DNA from: Flaccisagitta enflata
Lineage: Eukaryota
DNA: 64,000 nt
Assembly: GCA_965153355.1 (NCBI GenBank)
Contig: OZ231126.1
Span: 11,284,001-11,348,000, forward strand
Reading direction: 5' to 3'
Shown here: piece by piece, positions 23,353-36,476 of the stretch
Layout of the letters: the number at the start of each line of letters is the position of its first letter
Position numbering within the stretch: position 1 is the stretch's first letter
Position numbers and translations under genes: made by a program
Notes under the pieces: generated by a model
What the model was told of the DNA's origin: nothing
The model's input: only the letters and a program-made list of their open reading frames with translations
The model's database searches: none

Positions 23353-23985
23353 ATCCAATTAAGGCCCACTGCACTAAGATTTGAGAAAACAGAGTGTCCG
23401 GCAATTCATTGTTTTTATAGAAAAAAATTATGAAACCCACCAATAACCTCGTTAGGCATACCCGATTTACCGAGGGTAATTATGTGTCACCAGGCCTTAA
23501 AGTCTTTGGAGAAAAAAATTAAGTTCAAATTTTCGATATTTCCTTCCTCCAGTTTTACCCATCATGCGAACACGCTTTACGACACCTCATAGTGGATTAC
23601 CCCTTACTTTTTGTGCTTTTTCTTATGAGCCGTCGTTTGCTTTTGAGTCACGTCAAGAACTTGAAGTTTCCAAAAATGTCACTATGCACACCAGAGCCTG
23701 CGCCGGCCCCCCACGCGCCATTGTTCGATGATGACCTCTTAATATCCACTCCATAATTATCGGACACTTTTGTACGGCAGGTTACGGCGCATCAAGTGAA
23801 AAATTGTTTTTGAATTTTATTTTCTCACAGCTCGACGAAGCAGTTATCGCGGAATTATTCGAACTTTTTATCTAGGCTTGTGTAAATACCGATTCCTTTG
23901 CTAGGTTTCTATTTCGTTAGATTAGGGGGATATTCAAATGAGCGTCTGCCATTCTTTCTGTCTGCTTTATAAGAAAACTATCTTG

Positions 23986-24071
<86 letters not shown>

Positions 24072-24865
24072 AGACTTTCCGATTAATTTGATAAAAGCGA
24101 TAAAACAACGATATAAAGAACATATTATAAACATATGAAATGTGTAAAAAACAAACAGGAATCAAATAGATAAATGGACGCACAAAGGAATAAACAAACA
24201 ATTGAATAGGCTAACGGGTAAACAAATGAACTAACATTCGAACTAATGAATAATCAAACGGAAAAAATAAGTAGTCGCTTGCAGGTGGGCAGGAGCAGTA
24301 TGTGGGTGGGTGCATGAAAGATTTTCCTACGTAGAGTCAGTTAGCTAGCGACTAGAAAAGCGAAGGATTAAAAAGCAAAAACCCATTGAACGGACAGATA
24401 ATTTAAGATACAAAGAACAAAGCTGTTTTTGTCGCTTGCTTAGCGACTCTATGAGACGTCCGTTTCCCGTGGCTGGTTCTCGCGTAATGTCCGTTTGATC
24501 GTTTTCAGTCGCACACACGCGACCCTGTCCGTCCGTCGGTCTGTCCATTGGTAGAGGGGGTTCTCGGCGGCGGAGGGGGATGAAACTCGGTAGAACATGT
24601 CAGGAGGTGTTCATATTTTGAAGGCGCGGGGCGCGCCGCGGCTCGGAAGATCAGGAAGCTTGTTGGAAGGAAAGGAAAGACAAGGAGGGAAAAGGGATAA
24701 GGAAAGAAACAAGGCCGGATACACGGCCAATACCAGTCACGGACGGGTGGGCAGGGGCGGAAATACGCATTTTTCAACTTTTCGACTCATGCTCACCAAC
24801 GGACCGACAAACCAACGGACGGACAAAGCCTCTTATAGAGAATTAATCCGGACTTACACCAGACA

Positions 24866-25665
24866 TAAACCAGACCTAAATCTGACCTAAACCAGACCTT
24901 AGCCAAAACTAAACCAGACCTTAACCAGACTTCAACCAGACATAAATCAGACATAAACCAGACTTAAACCACACTTAAATGAGACTCTAACCAAACCTTA
25001 ACAAAACTTAAACCAGACTAAAACCAGACTAAAACCAGACTTAAACCAGACTTTAACCAGACTTAAACCAGACTTAAACCAGACTTAAACCAGACTTAAA
25101 CCAGACTCAAACCAGACTTTAGCCAGACTTTAGCCAGACTTGAACCATTTTAAACCAGACCTAAACCAGACCTAATCCAGAATCAATCCAGATGTAAACC
25201 AAACGTAAACCAGACTTAAATCTGACCTAAACCAGACCTGAACCAGACCTAAACCAGACTTAAACAACAGACTTTAAACCAGACTTAAACCAGACTTATC
25301 CAGACTTACTCCAGACTTAATCTAGACTTACTCCAGACTTACTCCAGACTTAATCCAGACTTAATCCAGACTTAATCCAGACTTAATCCAGACTTAATCC
25401 AGACTTAATCCAGACTTAATCCAGACTTAATCCAGACTTAATCCAGACTTAAACCAGACTTCTCTTTAATATCATTTTAACAAGCAGACTAACAAAACTT
25501 AAACCAAACTTAAACCAGACTTTAACAAAACTTAAACCAAACTTAAACCAAACTTAAACCAGACTTAAACCAGACTTAAACCAGGCATAAACCAGACTTA
25601 AACCAGACTTAAACCAAACTTAAACCAGACATAAACCAGACATTAACCAGACTTAAACCAGACCT
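24866..25665. repeat. 11-bp tandem array (AAACCAGACTT)n with a homogenised (AATCCAGACTT)n block
   Basis: Direct reading, roughly 70 units. Confidence 0.95.
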
Positions 25666-25677
25666 TAAGAAAAAAAA

Positions 25678-26150
25678 ATGACTAAAAGTGGCTCAAAATG
25701 ACCAAGAATGACTTAAAATGACTTGAGATGACTTGAGATGACTAAAAATGACTCGAGATGACTTTAAAATGATGCAATTGACAAAATTACACAACCGCCA
25801 AAAAATGACTTAGAATGACTTATAATGACTTATAATGACTTATAATGACTTATAATGACTTAGAATGACTTAGAATGACTTAAAATGACTTAGCATGACT
25901 TAGCATGACTTAAAATGACTTATAATAACTTAAAATGACAAAAATAACAAAAAATGACAAAATGACTTAGATGACTAAAAATGACTCAAAATGACTGGAA
26001 ATGACATAAAATGACTTAAAATGACTTAAAATAACCTAATATGACATCAAATGACGCAAAACGACAAAAAAAAGCTAAATGTTACCGACCCACGGACAGA
26101 CCGACCGACCGACGAAGCGGGTCATAGAGTCGCGTGCACGCGACTAAAAA
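25678..26150 (-). repeat. 10-bp array (AAAATGACTT)n ending in a HINE H1 terminus
   Basis: The array runs into (GACC)n and AGAGTCGCGTGCACGCGACTAAAAA. Confidence 0.9.
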
Positions 26151-26874
26151 TGTTACCAGCGGACCTACCGACCGACACGGCAAGGTGCAGAGTCGCGAGT
26201 CCGCGACTAAAAAGAGGAAGAAAAATACAAGGACAAGTAGGCCAATATGGTGCGCCGTGTGGATCGTCGAACGAATGCTTTACCGACGGACAGACCGACC
26301 AACGGATACAGAAAGTTATAGAGGTGTTTTGTAGCACCTAAAAATAAGGCCAAATACACCAACAGGCCGGATACACGGCTACCCAAGTCGCGTGTAGGTG
26401 GGCACGGGCAGTGATGAAATAGACCAGTTAGGCAGTTGGGCAGGAGCTGTAACCCTAAAACCGCCCATAAACGCCAAAAAAGCACAATTTAATACTATTT
26501 AAACCTTAACTACATAGTTTTTTTGCTATATGGGGAAGAAAATCATGGATATAAAAACGCAATGGATACACGGCCATCAGTTGCGGACGGATGGGTAGGG
26601 GCGGAAATGTGCTTCCCACTTTTCGACTCGATGGACATACGGACGGACCAACGGACCAACGGACTGACGGGACTAACGGACGGACGGACAAAGCCTCTTA
26701 TAGAGTTGCGTGTCCGCAACTAAAAACGCAATGCGACGCGTCGCGGGGAAGAAAATCAAAGGCAGGGGGGAAAAAAATCAAAAGCAACTCAAGAATATAC
26801 ACCCCTGAAGCAAAGTGTTACCGACAGACAGACGGACAGTGGGTTGTAGAGTCGTGTGCCGCGACTAAAATCTC

Positions 26875-27161
26875 TCAGGATTATGTCAAAATTTTGGTAT
26901 TTTACCCTCCATCCCATACTTCAGACCAATTTGACCCCAGGAACTGGAATCTGCAGTCAAAAATATCCCAGGTCAATATTCAAATAGGCTACTGCCACAT
27001 TTCTAGGTCAAAATATTTGTATAAGGTCAATTTTCAAAATTGAAAATTTGTCAATCTGATTGCAGATTCAAAATCCTTGGAAAAAACTATCAAAAGAAAG
27101 TGTCTTTCGTTTTTTTGAAATTTTGAGTAGGACATAGTCAAAATTTTGACATAATCCTGAG
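26875..27161. mobile_element. Small MITE
   Basis: CTCAGGATTATGTCAAAATTTTG / CAAAATTTTGACATAATCCTGAG inverted pair. Confidence 0.7.
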
Positions 27162-27677
27162 ATTTTTTACCGAATACACGGCCAATAAGTAGTCGCTTGC
27201 AGGTGGGTAGGAGCAGTAATGAGGGTGGGCAACGGCAGTATGTGGGTAGACGGGGCTGTATTTTAGGCTGGGCAGGGGCCGTAATGCTCATAAATCACCA
27301 TTTCAGCCGATTTCGCGTCATTCTGATTTACGCGTCACGGATCTTCCTAGCTTCCTACCAAGAGACACACCCTCTTATAAAGTCGCTTAGCAAGCAACTA
27401 AAAAGGGGGAAAGAAAAATAGAAGAAAACGAAAACAAAGGAAAACAAATTTGTGACTGACTGACAGACTGACGGACACAGCATATTCGGACACAGCATAT
27501 TCCAGAGTAGCGTTTCCGTGACTAAAAAAAAACATAGAGGAAGAGGAAGTAGTAAATGCGTGTTTATGCACTTAACGGACTGACCAACATAGCTGTTCAT
27601 TGAGTTGCATAGCACGAAACTAAAAAATGTGTCGGACGGACTTGCGGATGGACCGACATGGCAAGGGGTAGACTGTA

Positions 27678-28395
27678 GACCACACTCGATGGTCCACACT
27701 CGACCAGCCACACTCGACTGACCACACTTGACAGATCACACTTGACAGACCACACTCGACAGACCACACTCGACGGACCACACTCGACGGACCACACTTG
27801 ACGGACCACACTTGACGGACCACACTCGACCTACCTCACTCGACCAACCACACTTGACCGACCACACTCGACTGACCACACTCGACTGACCACACTCAAC
27901 AGACCACACTCGACAAACCACACCTGACCGACCACACTCGACCGACCACACTTGACCGACCACACCTGAACAACCACACTTGACTGACCACACTTGACCG
28001 ACCACACTAGACCAACCACACTTGACCAACCGCACTTGACAGACCACACTTGACCGACCACACTTGACCAACCACACTTGACCGACTACACTTGACCGAC
28101 CAGACTCGACCAACCACACTCGACCAACCACACTCGACGGACTACACTACCAACCAAACTCAACAAACCTCACTCAACCAAGCACACTCGACCAAACTCA
28201 CTTGACTGACCACACTCAAAAAACTTCACTCAACCGACTACAAACTGACTACGCTCGACCAACCACACTCAGACTACTCTTTACAATCTACACTTGAATG
28301 ACCACACTCAATAGACTACACTCGTCCAATTCTTGACCAACTACACTGGACTTACTACACTAAACCAACTTCACTCAACCAACTACACTCAATCA
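27678..28395. repeat. 14-bp tandem array (GACCACACTYGACH)n, degenerating rightward, starting inside a HINE
   Basis: Direct reading. It is preceded by CATGGCAAGGGGTAGACTGTAGA, which also occurs at ~29013 where it continues into a normal HINE end. Confidence 0.9.
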
Positions 28396-29195
28396 ATTTG
28401 GTAAAGTTATCCATTTTTGAAAATTTTGGACGACGACACCCACCCGCCAAGAATTAAAGTCCGCGTCGGAATGATGTTCTGTCATGGACAGAAATCATCA
28501 CTCTACCACACAACCAAGAAATGAATGAATGAACGAACGAATGAATGAATGAATGAACAAGTTGTCTCATATTTTGCTGGGGGGAGGGGGGGGGGCTGAC
28601 GACTCCAATTTCCCGACATGTGACAACATCCAAATTCTTTTTGGTGCATTTTCCCATAAAATGGTGCATAAATCTCTCGAACAAAAGGGCTCCGACGATG
28701 TTTAGTCTTTTAGTTTAAATTCCAAGCACACATGCTTTGGTATCATGCCGTGTGCGTGTTAACATTATACTTCATTTTTCAACGTTTTCGCATCACCCAA
28801 AGGTTTGATTGAACTATTTAACGTCTGCCCTCCCGCACATAACTGGGGTCGCTGTGTATCTGGCCTTACTTTTGCCTTAGGAAGGAATGAGCAAAAACAC
28901 AAAAATAAGGCCGGATACACGGCAATCCAGTCGCGGATGGTTGGGCAGGAGCAGTAATGCGAAAATCGCTCGCAATTCAAAAATGTGATGGACGGACTTG
29001 CGGACGGACCAACATGGCAAGGGGTAGACTGTAGAGTCGCGTGTCCGTGGCTAAAAACTATGTTTACGTGCGGGTGAGCGAGAGGCAGCCGTCGCGGTCC
29101 TTAGGCAGGGGCAGAAAAGCAAAAAAAAAAATCATAAGCCCAAAAAGACCGCTAAAGCCCAAAAAGACCGTTAACGACTGACAGAGAGACTGTCC

Positions 29196-29280
<85 letters not shown>

Positions 29281-30754
29281 ATCACTGCCGATTTGGTTAT
29301 AAAACGTGTTCGCATGTTCGCTCAATTAGAATGAGCCTAAGAAAGTGATTGATAGAAAACTAGCGTTTTCAACTAGGCCGAATCCTTCAACTTAGAGAAA
29401 TTTTTCTGGAAACGCGCGCTGACCAAAAATTGCAGTACGTGAAATTACGAAAATAGCATCGGAAAATTTTTTTTGTCACTACCAGTCGTCTGGGCATCCT
29501 ACCGAAGGTAAAACCTATACTCAATCTGGGTCCGACCCCAATCTTGTAGCTTCGTGCACTGTGGGGCTGTAACATGGCGGGGAAAGTCATCGCTAAACAT
29601 CGCGTTACCATCCGACGGACCTCCCTTCGGACCCACACCCTCTTTTACCGTCGTTTAGCCAGAGACAAAAAACTGACGATATGTGTTTTACATTGACACA
29701 CTCGCCAAGGTCCCACACCCACTCAGATCATACACACAAATTAAGAAGACAAACGTGTTAATCTGCTGTGTGAAGGGTAGATCGATCGAGACCGGGGTTT
29801 GAAAAGAATCAATCAAAAAGTGGTTGAACTCACGTACGTAACTATGTAAAGGACAGAAAAGATATTCGAGAAGAATTGAAATCAAATTAAATCGGCGGCT
29901 TTCTAGGGGCTATTCACGTCTCATGGTCTTTTTTAAGTAACGTACAAGCGACTCAATAACGCGACTCAACAGCCGGCTATGTCTGTCGATCAGTCGGTCC
30001 AACATTCACGGGCATTCACAGGCGGTTTAGATGCGTCCTGGCATCTCTATAAGAGGTCATGTTCAACCGTCCGTCCGGGCCCGTCCGCCCGCAGCATTCG
30101 CCCGTCCGCCTGTTCGTCTGTCTTAAGAGGGTCTGTTCGTCCGTCCGTCCGTCCGTCCGCCCGTACTTCCGTCCGTCCGTCCGTTACCCCTCCTTGAAAA
30201 TCGCAGTTTTTGGCACTTTTCAGCCGCGAGGATGTCATGTATCAAGTAATTAGAATATTTTGAGAGCCTCATTCGATACTATGTCTTCATCTGTCTGTCC
30301 GTCCAAGTCTAGCGCCAAAGTCAATACACGCAGAGACACAGTCAGGACGCATCGTTGCCTGATCGGGCATGTTACATTACGGCTACTACCCAAATAATTG
30401 ATTGACCTATTTTAACATTGCCCTGCCCACCCTCACGCGACGTGGGTAACCATGTATCCGGCCTATTTTAAAAAGGTGTGAAAAAAGTACAAAATCTCAG
30501 CCATATTTTCACTGCGTCTAATTGTAATAACTTACCTAAAATAAAACAGAAGGAAAAGAAAAAAAAAACAGGTCCTGCTTAGAAATATACCAGTTAATGT
30601 GACAGCGATCATTGACAGCATTACTAGTTGTGGTAAGTGATAACTCATAAACGCAAAAATCCTGACATAAAATTTGTCAACTTCTTCATACTTGTCGTAA
30701 ACCCTTTGATGTTGATAGGGTAAGTGATCATCATGTCAACTTTATACCAATCAA

Positions 30755-30843
<89 letters not shown>

Positions 30844-30927
30844 AGAGAGAGAGAGAGAGACAGACAGATAGAGACAGTAGACAAAGAGGCGAGCGGAAAG
30901 ATAGACCATGGGACAGAGGAACGCATA

Positions 30928-31521
30928 ACAGGGTGTGCAAAATTATCCGGACATGGCAGTTATTTTTGTCACAAATGCTGTTTAAACAATGATTTTTGAA
31001 AGCATGAAGGGTAGATATGAAAAAGTATTCTTTTTAGCATTCACAACTAAATTTCTCAAAGAGAAAGAAAGCAGAAATAAAGCTTTTCAGGTAAGTTTAA
31101 CTCAGATAAAACACACCTTAAAAATATTCATTAAAAAAAGCTGAAATTCTGTTATTAGTTTTTCTTGCCCTTTAAGCCTAGTTTATTTGCTTTCATGTGC
31201 TCAATTGATATTGATTTAACTTACCTTCCTAAGCAGAATGTGTGTCAAGCTAAAAAAGTTACTATGGAGTAGTTACAAATATAAGAATCTATGATTTTGT
31301 AACCTTTTTTTCCCATGAAATAAAATCCTGTGAAAATCTAAATCTTTGCTTCAAATCATTTAACTCCTACAGTGACAAGGGATTTAGAAAAGACCTGCAA
31401 TCAATTCTTGCTTCTGATATGACTCGCTGGGGTACTCTGGCTCAAATTTCATGGTGCTGGATCACTTCCAAGTATGGTTTTCTTTCTATGAAGCAAGTCC
31501 GGATAATTTTGCACACCCTGT
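30928..31521. mobile_element. TA-flanked Tc1/mariner MITE
   Basis: ta|ACAGGGTGTGCAAAATTATCCGGAC ... GTCCGGATAATTTTGCACACCCTGT|ta. Confidence 0.9.
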
Positions 31522-31888
31522 TAGAACGAAATAATAATTTAAAGATGGCAATAAGAAGAGATAATGAGCGGGGAAAATCAATTGAATCCGATGTTACAGC
31601 AGATGTACACATTTACTGGGTCATTACGTTTGATTGTCAGGCTCTAATCAGTTTCATCATCATCACGTTAATTTTCTCTTTTACCTGCTCCTTTCCTCGT
31701 TTCTTCCGTTTCTTTCCTTTTGTGCCTCCTCTTCCTCTCTTTCCTTTTCCTCTTCCTCCTTTTTCTCGTCTTCCGCTCCTTTTCCTCCTCCGTTTTCTTC
31801 CTCTCCGTCATCATTGTTTTGTCCTTAACGTTTGCTAGTCTCTGTGAAATTAACTCTGTGAAACTCATCATCACTTTTGTTGTCCGTT

Positions 31889-32490
31889 TTTTAGGTGCGC
31901 CATAGCACCTCTATAACTAGCTCTGTCTGTCGGTCAGTCGGTCGGTCGGTCGGTTGGTTGGTCGGGTTGGTCGGTCACGCTCGAGTTGAAAATCTCAAAA
32001 AGAAGCAAAAATCACTGGAAATGATTCAGAAATATGCTAGGATGATCCCCAGGTGCGCCATAGCACCTCTATAAGAGGCTCTGTCTGTTCGTCCATCCGT
32101 CGGTCACGCTCAAATGAAAAATCGCTGAAAATGTTTGAAATCAATTGAAAACTCATTTTGTTCATCATTGATGATACTCGTCATTTCATTCTCAAAAATA
32201 ATCAGCTACAGTTAGGTCTGATGGAGCTGGGGAAAGGTCAGAGACTCAGATAGGTCTGGTGATAGGTCGGATAGGTGTGGGGATAGGCCCGATAGAGCTC
32301 CAGATAAGTCTGATGGAGCTCGGAATAGGTCTGAAAGAGCTCGGGATAGGTCTGATGGAGCTTGGGCTGGGCCTGATAGAGCTCGGGATAGGTCTGATAG
32401 AGCTAGGGATAGGTCTGATGGAGCTAGGGATAGGTCTAAGAATTAATAACGCCCGGCGCACCGTCTTGGCCCGTGTATTCGGCCTTGTTT
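31889..32490 (+). mobile_element. HINE H1-type element with an internal 21-bp array (GGATAGGTCTGATGGAGCTCG)n
   Basis: TTTTAGGTGCGCCATAGCACCT start, (GTCG)n tract, array at ~32215-32440 and GGCCCGTGTATTCGGCCTTGTT end. Confidence 0.8.
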
Positions 32491-32734
32491 AAAGTCCAAC
32501 TATTAGCATTATTGACGATTCCTTAAGTATCTAAATGCGTCGCAACTCTTTGGTGGTACGTTCCTCGGACGGTCCGTTACTAAAGGACCATGAGCTAGCA
32601 TAGACCATGAGCTAACATTGATAAATCGAAGCTTGGTACACCGAATTCGTTATCAACAAGTTCATCGTAACAATGACGCATGTGTTAGTCCTTACAATCA
32701 AAATTTCTTACGAACATGAAAAACAAAAACAAAC

Positions 32735-33236
32735 AGGTCGCCCAAGGGCAATATGTGGTCAGCGATACCCGTTGCCCTGCTTTGAGTGATTGTGAATTGG
32801 AGTGAGGGGGAAGCAGGGCATGGTCCTGAAGGGGACGAAGTCCTGTAGAATACGTAAAATTTTCGTTCGTCCTGCCTGAAGTTAGCTGTGGATAAGATGC
32901 TATAGAGGGCTTACTGAAGGTCTCCAAGAGCTTAAACTGAGGCCTAAGAAGGCTAATATAATGCCTCCGAATGCCAATGGGAAGCTTTAGAGGGCTGACT
33001 TGAGGCTTGAGAGAGCTGGATTAAGGCTTGGAAGGTCAGAGGACTGATTTGAAGCCTGAGAGCAATAAATTGAGGCGGATAGTTGGACGGAGCGCCTGAG
33101 AGGCCAGGTTTGAGGCCTGAGAAGCCTTATTTGATGCCCAAGAGGGGGACGTGACTGTTCAACGGTAACGCATCAAACGACGAACGAAAGTCCTCTGTGT
33201 TCTAAGACTGTCACCTTCGGGGCCGCTGCCCAAAAA
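32735..33236 (-). mobile_element. HINE family H2 variant
   Basis: TGTGGTCAGCGATACCCGTTGCCCTGC at one end and GGGCCGCTGCCCAAAAA at the other, with degenerate 21-bp internal repeats. Confidence 0.7.
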
Positions 33237-33605
33237 GCAAACAAAAAACACTTCCAACAGTCAAACAGGGCCTCGAAAGTTGAATTCGACTCGGGGATGC
33301 TCAAGAATGAAGGAGCAGCCCATAGGCAGTATATGGTCAGCGGTACCCGAGCCCTGCTGTTGTGGTTTGTGATTAAAGTTGAGGGTGAGAGCAGGGTAAC
33401 GGCCCCAGAGTTAACGAAGCCATATTGTTGCTTCGTCTGAACCCTCGAATTTGAAAAACAATTGATGGCCATTTTTTCCATTGATGAAAAAATAACAATG
33501 CATTTTTTGATTCATTTGAAACCTTCATACTTAATCTCAACTGTACATTACAATATTTGGGTGTTGTGTGTTATTAAGTAATGGAGAAAAAAAAATGTTC
33601 ACGAT

Positions 33606-33654
<49 letters not shown>

Positions 33655-36476
33655 TCGCCACTCCTCATCCCCATAACTTCTCATCCTCCTCATCCTCTTC
33701 CTGTCCATGCTTTTGCTGACGATCTCAGACTTTCGTCTGCCGTCTGTTGTTTGAAATTTAGCCAAGTAAAAGAGAGTAAAAAGGTACTTGTATCAACAAC
33801 AAGAAAAAAGAAACATATGGGTAATGAAAAAAACGACAACAACCCAAAAACAACAACGACTCTTGTATCTCTGTTGTTTGAAATTCAGCCAAGTAAAAGA
33901 GAGAGTAAACAAAAAAAGTTACTTGTATCAACGTGAAGGGAAAAGAAACATCACTTTTGGGTATTGGCAAGAAAACAATAAAACGACCACTCTTGTATCT
34001 CTGATGTAGTCATCATTCTACGTTGTTTAGAGAAAAAGAATAAACAGAAAGTAGAAGATAAGAAAGATTCAAATCAAGTCCACATAGTGAATGAGATAAA
34101 CAAATACGCGCCGACTTACGCGCTCACCCAAAAACGCCGTTTCTCTCGAGTAAAGACGGCGACCGCGCGGACGACGAGGATATCCATTTTCATCGTGGAA
34201 CATCCGTTGAAGTCGCGTAGCGCGGAACGCGAAAAGTTGTTTATGATAATGTAGTTTTTTTGTGGTTGATCCTTTTTTATATGAACCTGGTCTGTATTGG
34301 TCCACGTCCTCTCTCTCTTTAACGTGTAAGACAATCCCCGCCGAAAGCTACAACAGAACAAAAATAAAAGAAACAAAAAACAAGAAAAAAAAAAAAGAGA
34401 ACGAGAAAACCCGACTGAGATGTGAAAAGAAGATGAGAAAAGAATGAAACAAGATAGAAAAACAAGATAAAAAGAGAGATAAGTCCGAAGAGGAAAGGAT
34501 TGAGAAAAAAAAGGTCTGCTAATTGAAATAGCAAAAAAGAAAACAAAAAAGTAATAAGTAAAAAGGAGAAAAAATTGAGAGAGAAACAGAGAAATTAAAG
34601 GGGATTAAAAAGAAAATTTGGGGAAAAAACTCGCACATACAATTTTAAAAAAAGAAATCATTCAACATCAACTCGTCTGATTCGCGGAAATCCACCACCA
34701 GCATCAGAAAGAAAAAAAAGAGAGGACGAGAAAAAAAAAAGAGAAAAAAAAAACCAAAAAACAAAAAAAAACCGAAACAAAGTAGAAATGAAATAATGAA
34801 ATAGCAAACAGTTAAACTTCAGCGTCTCTCTTTCTCTTTCTCTTGCATGCGCCGTCATCTGTACTATCATCAATGACGATGTCGAGGCCAGATGTGGACA
34901 GACCATCACTACTACCATTTTGTCACCTCCTAAACACCGACTTATGATGTTGCTGTTGTGGATCTGATCGCTGGAACACGCTGATGCTGTTGTGGTCGTT
35001 ACAACAGCGACTGTCATAAGCAGATGCTGTTGTGGTCGTTATATACTTATATTGCAGCAACTGCACTGTCATCAGCTTCGCCATCTACATCATTATCATC
35101 ACTATCTCATCGTCGTCATCGCCTTCGGTTGCTGTAAAAAGTAACTGGTGATTGTTCTTGTAAGTGTTGTGATTTTTTCTCTCTCTCTTTCTGTGGTGTT
35201 ACTTTTTTCGACCATCGAAGTGATGAGTTGAAAAAAAAAAAAATCGAAGACTAAATTATAACCTTTTTTTTCGACGGTGGCTGCATTTTAAACGATTTTA
35301 AACGATTTTATCGGCAAAGAAAAAAAGACATTAGAAAAGGAAAACAAAAACAAAAAAAAAAAGACCAAAAGAGGTGAAAAACGAAAAAAAACTTTTTCTC
35401 ATCTGATTGGGTTGAAAGTTGAAACATTCTTTTGTGCATAACCTTGCTTGATGTCATAGACCGCGCTGCATCTCAAACCAAATTCTGTATTCTTTTATTC
35501 TCTCTCTCTTTGTCTTAATGTATACACATCGCTTTCTCGCTAAAGAAACAAAGAATGAAACCAACAAGATACAAAGGAAATAGAGTCTAAAAAAGTGGAA
35601 TCGAAAAAAAAAAGAATTATCGAAAAAATAAATTGTGAACGACCTTTCGCTACGACCTTTTCGGGCCGCGCCTTCTGCGCTTGAAGTGTTGCTCGCGCGC
35701 GCTTGCAAAACAAGAAATTCCTCCGCCGCTTCCATCATTTGTGTGTGTTTTTATTCTTTATTTTCTTTTGTAAACAAACATTGTAAACGTAAACAATGAA
35801 TACCTCAATCGTTCAAGTTCCACCCGTGTTTACCATCAACAAAAAGGCCGCCGCCATTCCAAAAGACGAAACGTGGCAACCGCAAAACTTAGCTATCGGT
35901 GAGAAAAATAATCAATGACCTATCAACCATAATTTGTAATCTATAATCTGCATTCTAAAATCTAGAATATAACCTATAACCTACGATCTACAATCTTTGG
36001 TTTGTGATCTATGATCTATAATCTATTATCAATACCCTCTGATTGATAATCTATAACCCTATGAACAATCTAGATGTGATAAAATTGATAGGTTTTGATA
36101 TGGCTTCAACATTGTTTTAAAGCGTGAGCAACGAAAGCCGAAAAGAATGCGTGCTTGTGCGTGTTTGTTATAAATTTATTGTTAGGGTACCCTGTTGGAA
36201 AAATATTTTAGGACTTTACAGGCTATCCCTCGGGGCGGGCTTTTTACAATTCCCTTACATTGTAATTGCAGCGATCTCGTAAATAGAATTCATTCATTCT
36301 TGAATGACAGTCTTGAAAGAAGGAACGAGTTCATGAATGAAAGACTAAATGAACGAATTGCTTAATGAATGAATGACCAAAACAAGGATTTGAACGCAAA
36401 GTGTGGAAGCCGATATTTTTTCAGCTTTATCAGCTTTAACAGGGTAAAAGAAATAAGTAAGAAAAAAGGATAAATA

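Noticed and set aside
29610..29655. HDV-like ribozyme fit (GACGG-ACC-TCCCTTC-GGA...)
   Set aside because: P3 does not close properly, and the P1.1 GG and the catalytic J4/2 C-x-A-A are absent.
34128..34193. MKMDILVV...KRRFW as the first exon of gene 1 via a 25-kb intron
   Set aside because: It is phase-compatible, but the nearby MKSAQ exon (10451-10437) gives a good signal peptide without nesting gene 2 on the same strand.
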